Below are positions 38,757-47,700 of a DNA stretch of 64,000 bases, piece by piece; within the stretch, counting starts at the first letter, position 1, and each line of letters starts with the position of its first letter. The stretch comes from a virus. Its lineage: Duplodnaviria > Caudoviricetes. The notes beneath the pieces were generated by a model that was given only the letters and a program-made list of their open reading frames with translations, was not told the origin of the DNA and made no database searches. Both the position numbers and the translations under genes were made by a program. The stretch lies in the IMG/VR virus record IMGVR_UViG_3300025410_000009; one strand, given 5' to 3'.

Positions 38757-39389
38757 TTAGCTGTATGTTATTCCCGACGAGTAAATGGATCCTGGCCCAC
38801 CTGATCCATTAAAAACCATTAGCGAATATGTGCCGGGTGCCTGTGGTGGCACTTGAGACCAAAGCTCGCTGCTGCTGATGTATCTAGTGGAGGGTACTGG
38901 TTGTCCAGCAACAAACACTTGACTCAACAGGGTAAAATTCGAACCTAAAACCTTTAGGTATCCGCCATTTGCAGATGCACCCGAACCGGTATTGGCTGTG
39001 AATGTGTTATTGGTTTGTACCAGTTGACTAATCACAGGTGGTACCACCACTGGCATGGTGGGAGTTTGTCCGCCAAAGGCCACAAAGCTGACGCTGCCCG
39101 ATGCTGACGACACTGTGACAACATCGGTCTGAGCCAGGGTCATGCCCATGGTGAGCGATACTGTGTCATTGGGCGATAGGTAAGTGTTATAGCAAATATA
39201 GTGTTGTGGCTGCAGGGCTGCGCCTATAGGACGAACTGCAATGGTAAATGTGGTTGCTGTGGCAGCTTGATTGCACACCGTGAGCGAGCTTACCACTGTG
39301 CCGGTGTATATGGGCCCTGTATACAAGTCGGCATTGACGCCCACTGCTGGTATAGATTGGCCAAGTACTTGATATACATCTGGCATCAT
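38757..39389 (-). CDS. YxVLGQ sandwich + IPT-like protein (210 aa)
   Basis: MMPDVYQVLGQ..VCNQ..NDTVSLT..SFVAFG followed by GGYLKVLGSNF..VFVAG. Overlaps the upstream TGA. Confidence 0.85.
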   Translation of the reverse strand: MMPDVYQVLGQSIPAVGVNADLYTGPIYTGTVVSSLTVCNQAATATTFTIAVRPIGAALQPQHYICYNTYLSPNDTVSLTMGMTLAQTDVVTVSSASGSVSFVAFGGQTPTMPVVVPPVISQLVQTNNTFTANTGSGASANGGYLKVLGSNFTLLSQVFVAGQPVPSTRYISSSELWSQVPPQAPGTYSLMVFNGSGGPGSIYSSGITYS

Positions 39390-40075
39390 GCACCCATCAA
39401 CAAGAATGGGCTTAGGGTATCTGTAGTGACTGTGGCGGCCAATACCACCAACTCTCTAATTTGTATGTTTGCACTTAGTGCAGGTGCCACCGCAAATGTT
39501 AATACTGCGCCCGAAACAGTATAATCAGTGGTGGGTATCATGACTGCACCTGCGTTTACCACCAGCACGCTGTTGACTGTGGTGCCCGAAGTAACTGTGA
39601 AATTACGTGTTGTACCATCACCAGTGTAGGTTCTGGTCACATACGAACCCGAAGTGCTGGCTGCACCTTGAATTGTGGACACTTCGATCTGCGAGCCTGC
39701 ATAGGGTGCTTGTGAAAATATGATCACGTTGCCCACAATGGCATAGGCGCTGTGCAGTTGCACAACACCGTTATAGTTTACAATGGTCTGATTCAAACTG
39801 CCGGGAGTGACACTTAGCGCAAAGTTTGTGGTCACTCCGTCACCAGTGAACTGATCAACCGATGTCACTGTGTTTGTGGTACCTGCGGTGCCGGTGGTGG
39901 CCGCTGCCCAATAAACTGTGCCCTGCCCGTTTGTGGTCAAGACATATCCCGAAGTACCACCTGTGATTGTGAGCCCGGATACTGGTCCCAAATTGGCATT
40001 TCCACTCAAGGAAACGTTAGCCAGCTGTAGACCAGTGGTGTCCAAGCCTGATGATTTAATTCGTGATAATGTCAT
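39386..40075 (-). CDS. Structural protein with two FTGDG/YTGDG beta modules ending in SPFLLMGA (229 aa)
   Basis: FTGDGVTTNFAL..VNYNGVVQ..FSQAP and YTGDGTTRNFTV..VIPTTDY..FAVAP. Confidence 0.85.
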   Translation of the reverse strand: MTLSRIKSSGLDTTGLQLANVSLSGNANLGPVSGLTITGGTSGYVLTTNGQGTVYWAAATTGTAGTTNTVTSVDQFTGDGVTTNFALSVTPGSLNQTIVNYNGVVQLHSAYAIVGNVIIFSQAPYAGSQIEVSTIQGAASTSGSYVTRTYTGDGTTRNFTVTSGTTVNSVLVVNAGAVMIPTTDYTVSGAVLTFAVAPALSANIQIRELVVLAATVTTDTLSPFLLMGA

Positions 40076-40087
40076 GATGTTCTACTT

Positions 40088-40441
40088 TTAAACTTCGGCA
40101 GTTTTCCAAGTTTGGCTGGCTTCATCCCACACATAGGGTTCGTTACCATCAGTGGGCATGGCCACTGGTGCTGACCACAAACCGGTATTGGTGTCCAAGA
40201 TCCACGAATCGTAAGGTTTGGGTGGAATAAAAGCGTCTAGATCAGCATCGTATGTGTAACCGATACCGGCATAATTTTTACGTAAGGGAGTACCGCCCAA
40301 GCGATGCTCGCCACCAAAGGTGTTGTAACTGGTTTGGACCCATATTGCAGGGTCGCCAAAAAGCCCAGTGTCAATGACATCCTGTTCAATAACCAAGACC
40401 TGTGTCACTACACCGTTTTCAACTTTTGCAAAATGACTCAT
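40088..40441 (-). CDS. Small partner of a Gly-rich-domain protein, putative assembly chaperone; paralog of 17609..18001
   Basis: MSHFAKVENGVVTQV..WVQTSYNT..RKNYAGIGYTYD..FIPPKPYDSW..YVWDE. SD AGGAGAA; AATAAATA at 40460-40467. Confidence 0.85.
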   Translation of the reverse strand: MSHFAKVENGVVTQVLVIEQDVIDTGLFGDPAIWVQTSYNTFGGEHRLGGTPLRKNYAGIGYTYDADLDAFIPPKPYDSWILDTNTGLWSAPVAMPTDGNEPYVWDEASQTWKTAEV

Positions 40442-40483
40442 AAGTGTTCTCCTATCCTGTATTTATTCTAAATTTTTAGGGCA

Positions 40484-41758
40484 TTAGAATGTAATCGAGC
40501 CCGATTGTGTGTATGTGTAATACACATAACCATTTGTGTTATCTGTGTATTTTGTGGGATTACCTGTGGTGTTGGCCGGGGTGTAGTAGCCTACTCGCCA
40601 GCGCAGAATAACTATGCCCGAACCGCCAGTAAAGCCCAACTGCAAGGGTCCGTTGTTGCCGCCACCGCCACCGCCGGTGCTGCCTAGACCTGCAGAGCCT
40701 GCAGATACCCGGGTGACTCCAACCACAGCGTTGCCACGATCTGTAGATCCTGCGCCACCGCCACCCGACCCACCGGCTCCGCCACCAATTGATGCTGTGT
40801 AGGTATTGGCTCCGCCCCCGCCGCCAGCTAGATAGTACACACCCAAAACATTTTGTCCACTTGAGATATTGGTACCAATGTTGGGCCAAGAATTAATCAA
40901 GCCCACGCCACCAGCACCGCCATTGGCATCAGTTGGAGATGCGCCTGCTGCTCCAGCTCCACCCCCGCCACCAGCACTGTAGTATGTGGTGTTGGCGTTA
41001 CCGCCTGCGGTGTCGTATATGCTGCCGGCAGCTCCACCAGTCACCTGTGAGTAAGAGCCACCGCCACCGGAACCTCCGGCACTGGCAGTGGTTTGATAGC
41101 CTGCGCCTGATCCACCACCCTGTGCTACAACTGGACCAAATGCTGAAAATGTGCCGGTGTTGGTGCCGGCACCGCCTGCGCCCACAAATATGGTATACTG
41201 TGTTGCTGCTGTGGTATTCAAATAACCGGTTACATAGCCACCGGCACCTCCGCCACCACCGCCATACACGCTACTGGTGGCATCGGGTCCACCTCCGCCA
41301 CCACCGCCCACAATGATATACTGTACATTGGCCACGTTGGCAGGTGCAAACGATGTGTCACGCACAATAACTGGTGCTGATTTTGCCAATTCAGAGACAC
41401 CGCCGCCAGACCCGTATACATACAGAGCCATCACTAGATTTTGATCACCTTCGGTGATGCCGTCATTGGTTAGAGTTCTAGTGAACGTGGCTTGTCCATT
41501 AATGATAGTGACATTACCCGATACCTGCCCATCGGTCCAACGAGCAGCACCACCCGACAGCGTACTACCATCAGCGGCACTGCCCACTTGCCACGTCACT
41601 ACAGAATTATTGGCCACGCCAGTGGTTGACACTGTGAACAATAAGGTACCACCTTCGTTTACTTGGGCAACATTAGCTGAAATTTTGTATTTGCTATAAC
41701 TATTAGATATTGCCTCGAAGCCAGAAAATCCACCCGTCATTGAAGAAATTCTAGTCAT
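40484..41758 (-). CDS. Calx-beta/Ig-like + glycine-rich domain protein (424 aa), putative fibre tip
   Basis: Start MTRISSMTGG at 41758, 5 nt after the upstream TGA. VNEGGTLLFTVST..NDGITEG is Calx-beta-like; VQYIIVGGGGGGG...GGSGIVIL...SGSITF is the Gly-rich end. Confidence 0.85.
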   Translation of the reverse strand: MTRISSMTGGFSGFEAISNSYSKYKISANVAQVNEGGTLLFTVSTTGVANNSVVTWQVGSAADGSTLSGGAARWTDGQVSGNVTIINGQATFTRTLTNDGITEGDQNLVMALYVYGSGGGVSELAKSAPVIVRDTSFAPANVANVQYIIVGGGGGGGPDATSSVYGGGGGGAGGYVTGYLNTTAATQYTIFVGAGGAGTNTGTFSAFGPVVAQGGGSGAGYQTTASAGGSGGGGSYSQVTGGAAGSIYDTAGGNANTTYYSAGGGGGAGAAGASPTDANGGAGGVGLINSWPNIGTNISSGQNVLGVYYLAGGGGGANTYTASIGGGAGGSGGGGAGSTDRGNAVVGVTRVSAGSAGLGSTGGGGGGNNGPLQLGFTGGSGIVILRWRVGYYTPANTTGNPTKYTDNTNGYVYYTYTQSGSITF

Positions 41759-41763
41759 TGCGA

Positions 41764-44700
41764 TCAACCGTAACTGGAATATTGTCCCAAAACTGTCCAC
41801 ACACCGTTGACGTTGATCAAACTGAATGCGTACACTTCGGTCTTGTTGGCAGCGCCAGCTGGTGTCAACGCACTGGCCCATAGTATGGTTTGTGCAACAC
41901 CGTTGATCTGTATTGTGCTGATACTGTAAGGAGTGGCTGTTTGTAATACCACCAAGGTGACAACAAATGCACGACCGTATGTGGTGGGCACATTGACAAA
42001 ATTGGGTGTAAAATTACCAGCCAAACTTGACAGCACAAACACTGTGGCCTGTGTGGTATCATGAGCTGTTACACCAGTTGCACCTGTTATAGATGATAAT
42101 GCATCTGTGGTTCTAAAGAATGTGGCTAATCCACCAACATACACATTACCGCCAATATTGGCATCACCAGCAATGCCAGCGCCACCTGCAACTACAAGCG
42201 CACCAGTTGTGGTACTGGTACTGGGTGTGGTGTTTGATGTCAACATCACAATGTTTGTAGGGAAATTGCCTTGCGAACCATTATAACCTACGCTGCCAGC
42301 ATAACCCTGACTGCCGGTATAACCTGTGTTGCCCTGATAGCCTTGACTACCGGTATAACCCTGGCTACCAGTATAACCAGTTGAACCTTGTATACCAGTT
42401 GGGCCCACTGCAGCTATGGGTATTTCACGTATGACCACGGCAGCGCTGGCAGCTGGAGCATTAGAGAATGTGAGAGTTGTAGCAGCCACAGCATAGTCCA
42501 CAGTGGGCACTTGAATATTGCCCGACACATAGACCATGACACTGTCGGTTGTGGTGCCTTGAGTCACTGTAAAGTTTCTGTTGGTGCCATCACCGGTACT
42601 GCGTCGTGTCACAAAGCCAGTAGTACCGTATAACACAGTGGTCACTTCAATGGCTGCATTGTTGGCTGGAGCTTCGCTAAAGGTAATGGTGCTGCCGCTT
42701 ACTGAATAAGCTGCTCGTAGCTGTGTGACGCCGTCAATGACCACAATAGTTTGATTTTTACTAGTGGGAGTCACTGTCAAACTGTACGATACAGCAACAC
42801 CGTTGCCGGTAAAGGTATCGACGTTTAGGCTTGATGCTGTGGTACCAGCTGGACCAGCAACACCTGCACTTCCAGTATAACCAATTGATCCAGTATAACC
42901 AATTGGGCCTTGGCTACCAGTATAGCCCACACCACCCGAACCAGTATATCCAATGCTGCCGGTACTACCAGTATAACCTGTAGCACCCTGGCTACCAGTA
43001 TAACCAGCACCTTGACTACCAGTATAACCAATGGATCCAGTGTAACCCGGGGCAGTACTGACTGATCCGGTGTAACCTGTTGAGCCGGTATAACCTACGG
43101 ATCCAGTATAACCAATTGATCCAGTGTAGCCCAATCCACCAATTGAGCCGTTGTAACCAGCACTGCCTGTAAAGCCTGCACCCTGGCTACCAGTGTAACC
43201 TATTGAACCAGTATAACCAGTGCCGCCTATACTTCCAGTGAACCCAATTGATCCCGAATAGCCTATTGTACCTTGGCTACCGGTGTAACCAGCACCGGTA
43301 GATCCAGTGAAACCAGTGCTACCGCCGTAACCGGTACTGCCATTATAGCCCACGCTGCCGGCATAGCCTCGGCTACCGGTGTAGCCTGTTGCACCCATAA
43401 AGCCGCTGGCAGCAATTTCAACCCATTGTGAGCCGTTGGCATCTTGTACCCAGACCACTTCGCAGCCGGTCAATGAATCTAGCCAACGATCGCCGTATTG
43501 CGGATTTGTGGGCGCTGTTGGGCCAAAAGTAAACGAGCTTTCGCCCATGCTACCTGTATAGCCAAGACTACCTGTGTAGCCGGCTGCGCCAGTACTACCG
43601 TTATAGCCTGCTGCGCCTGCTGAACCAGTGAAACCAATTGACCCTGTATAACCAGTGGCACCAATCGATCCAGTGTAGCCGGTACTGCCCGCATATCCAG
43701 TGCTGCCGGTATAACCAGTGCTGCCGGTATAGCCCGATGATCCCGAATAACCAATTAGGGGAGTACCGTTGGCATAGAAATAACTGGTACTGTAGACATT
43801 GCCAGCAAATATGTTACCAGTAACACCTACACCGCCCGAAACTGTCAGCGCACCGGTAGTGACACTGGTACTGGGAATTGGAGTTCCATTGGCCACTAGT
43901 GGGGTTGATGAGTTATATGTAACTGATCCAGTGGCTGTTGCAGTCAGTGCATTGGTACTGGAATCTGTCAGATATGTGCCCGATGTTGACACATCCAGCA
44001 GCAATTGGGTATTTGTGACCGCAGTTAACGGAGTTGTAGGTACCGAGAAGTTGGTGGTGTATACCAAGGTGCCACGAACAATTCTTACATTAGTGACATA
44101 ACCGGCTATGTATGTTGACAAAAATGCACCAATGATCAAGCCATAGCTGGGAGTACTGGTTGGAGTACCGGACACAAGACCCGAAGCACCCAAAGTACCA
44201 TTGATGTACAAGTACATGGTGTTGCTGCTCAACGAGTAACCAAATGCCACGTGTGTCCAAGTGTTTAATGGCACTGTGGCTGTGGTTGTAAGCGCATTTG
44301 CACTACCAATCCAATAGAACCATTTCAATTGACCAGTGCTGGTCAAACCCAATGACCACTGGTTGCCACCAGCAGCGGGTTGCATGTTACCGATCAAGGT
44401 ACCTTGATCATATGTGCCACCAGCATGCCAACCTGAATAGCTTGTGGGATATATCCATGCTTCTAGTGTATAGTCTGCAGTCCACCAATTGAATTGAGTA
44501 GTGGTATACGGTATTGACAAATAGCCGGTGGCAAAAAGCAAACTACCACCAGCGGGTTGTGTGGCTGGTGGTACAATAGTATGACTAGCACTAAACAAAT
44601 TACCGCTAATACCAGCTCCGCCGGTGACAATTAAAGCACCGGTGGTGGTACTGGTACTTGAAGTAGTGTTACTGGTAATGATCTGTTGTGTGGTTGTACC

Positions 44701-47700
44701 TGAGAATGTGCCCACACTACCGGTATAGCCCGTACTACCAGTGTAGCCGGTAGCGCCCGTTGAACCAGTGTAGCCCGTACTGCCTGTTGAACCAGTGTAT
44801 CCAATTGAACCAGCGCTGCCGGCTGAACCAGTATAACCTATACTGCCCACGCTACCGGTATAACCCGTACTACCAATAGATCCGTTATAGCCAGCACTGC
44901 CGGTATATCCGGTTGATCCATTAGTACCTGCTGAACCAGTGTAGCCTGTGGCGCCAGCACTTCCAGTATAACCCTGTGAACCTATACTACCAGCATAGCC
45001 AGCACCAGCTGACCCAGTATAACCAATCGAACCAGTGTAGCCCACACTACCATTGTAGCCAGTGCTACCTGCATAACCAGTGGTACCTTGACTGCCAGTG
45101 TAGCCAATTGAGCCGTTGTAACCCTGAGATCCTGTATAACCAATTTGAGAATAGGGTGCACCATTGGCATAAAAATAGCTGTCGGTATATACACCGCCCA
45201 CATACAAGTTACCACTGATACCAGCACCACCAGCCACTTGTAGTGCACCCGATGTGGTGCTAGTTGCTGCAACTGCTGGTATGACTGTCGCAGTGCCTGA
45301 TGTTAGTGGAGTTGATGGATCGTACCCAACACCGTTGTGATTCACCAACGTGATATTATTGCTGCTGGAGTCGGTTATGTAGGCTGCATCCGACGACACA
45401 TCCAACAACAAAGCTGTGTTAGTGATGTTCAGCAAGGGTGTTGTACTGGGTGTAAAATTACTAGAATAAACACCGGTGCCATTCACATATCTAAAGTTGG
45501 TTATCAAGCCCGAGAAATAGTGAGTATTTCTAGTTTGAGCACCAAGTTCAAAATTTGAAATGTTTATGCTGGTACCTAGGTTACCATTGGTATATACACT
45601 GGACCCATTTACATAAATGTTAAAAGTTGTACCAATTCTAACAAAAGCATGGTGTACCCAAGTGCTTGCAGCCGATGCAGTCGATTGCACCACTTGTTGA
45701 TTAATTGTCCATCCACCACCGTTACCAACACTGAGCGTAAAATTACTGCCGCCCATTTCTAGTAAAATACCAAAGGTACCACCGCTTGTGGATGCGCCAT
45801 TGAATACTGCACTACCACCAGTGTAGTACATCCAATATTCAATTGTGAAGTCGTTGGTACCAATTGCTGGCAAGGTTGCAGCCAAATATCTAGTGCCACT
45901 GAAACTCAAACTTCCACCAATGGGGCCATAAACTGTTACTGATGAAGTACCTATATTCAAATTACCCTGAATGCCGGCACCGCCTGCAACCACAAGCGCA
46001 CCAGTTGTAGTACTGGTACTGGGTGTGGTGTTGGCAATGTTAGCTGAACCAAATTTCAATGTATCTAGTACAACATTAGGCGAAGTTAGTGCAGCAACAC
46101 CAGCAGTGGGTTCAGCAATATTACTGGCCAAATACCATGCATTGTCTGCATAATTACGAATTAGACCAGTGTGTGCGTACACATTGGCTGGGCCACCAAT
46201 GAAATGTGAATAAAAACCTATGTCGTAATTATAAGGATAAACTGTGTTGCTTTGTAGATACAGTAAAGGTTCTTCAACTACCAAAATTTGTTGTGTAGTT
46301 GAAATCAAGTTTGCCGCATAAACTGATCCACCAACATAAAGATCAGCACTGATCGAAGCACCGCCTGCTACTTGTAATGCACCAGTACCAGAACCAACAC
46401 TGTTGGTGGTATTGGTAGTGATAATCTGTTGTGTGGTAGTGCCTGAGAATGTGCCCACAGATCCAGTATAACCTTGAGCACCGCTAGCGCCCGAGGCCCC
46501 AATACTGCCAGTGTAACCTGTAGCCCCAGTAGCTCCTGTGGCACCAATGGATCCAGTATATCCTGCTCCGCCTGCACTACCACTTGCACCAGCAGCTCCG
46601 CTGGCACCTATGGATCCAGTATAACCCAATAAACCAATGCCACCTGTGGCACCAGTTGCACCCACGCTGCCGGTATAACCTTGCGGTCCTGTAGCGCCTG
46701 TGGCACCAGTTAGGCCAGTGGCACCCACACTGCCTGTGTACCCAATACTACCAGTATAACCGGTGTTTACAAATGGTGCTCCGTTGGCAAAGAAATAATT
46801 ATCGCTGTAGATGTTGCCAGCCCAAAAACTTTCGGACACACCCAAACCACCCGCCACAGTCATTGCACCTGTAGTGGTGCTGGTACTGTCAATGGTATGA
46901 TAAATGTATTGACTATATGGTGTTCCGACATCGTACGAAACACCATTGTTATTGGTGATTGTGCTTACACCACTTAAATCCACCAAATAATCGGCAGAAT
47001 CAGCCACATTTAACAATAGCGCAGTATTAGATATAACTGCCAGTGGCTCGGTGGGTGGTGTAAATGCACCGGTATAAACTGCTGTACCGTTGACTACTCG
47101 TACATTGGTCAAGTAACCATCAAGATAATAGAGTCCGTTAGAACCGCTATCGCCGCTGCCATCTTCACCAAGATAAAAATTGTTGCTGGGTGCATAGACT
47201 TGGCTAGTCATTGCTCGAGAGCCGCTGACTGCACCGTTTATGTAAACAGTCAATGTAGATCCTGATCGTACCACAGCAATGTGGAACCAATCGCCAACGT
47301 TGACTCCAGTGATAGTGCCGCTTAAAGTGCCGCCTGAATTTACGTCACCATCGTGTGACCAGCCTAGACCCCAGGTAGTGGTGGTAACCCGTATGTTAAA
47401 TCCACGTCCTGGGCTGGGCGATAGATCAGTGGTCCATAAATTATAAGTACCTGTTCCTGACAGGTTGACCCACATTTCTACTGTAAAATCATTTGACGCC
47501 AAATGTGATACTGCTGTGCTAGTGGCCACAAGCGATTGGCCGCTGCCGTTGAAATGTAAACTACCACCTGGTGAAATTGGTACAGGGAGAATATTAACAC
47601 CAACGGTGTATACGTTGCCAGCAATGGCAGCACCACCAGCCACTTGTAGCGCACCTGTTGTCAAACTGGTACTAGAAGTGGTATTACTGGTTATGATCTG

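Noticed and set aside
33113-39389. Shufflon or invertible cassette among genes with a shared N-terminus
   Set aside because: All genes lie in one orientation, each has its own start, and I saw no recombinase or inverted crossover sites.
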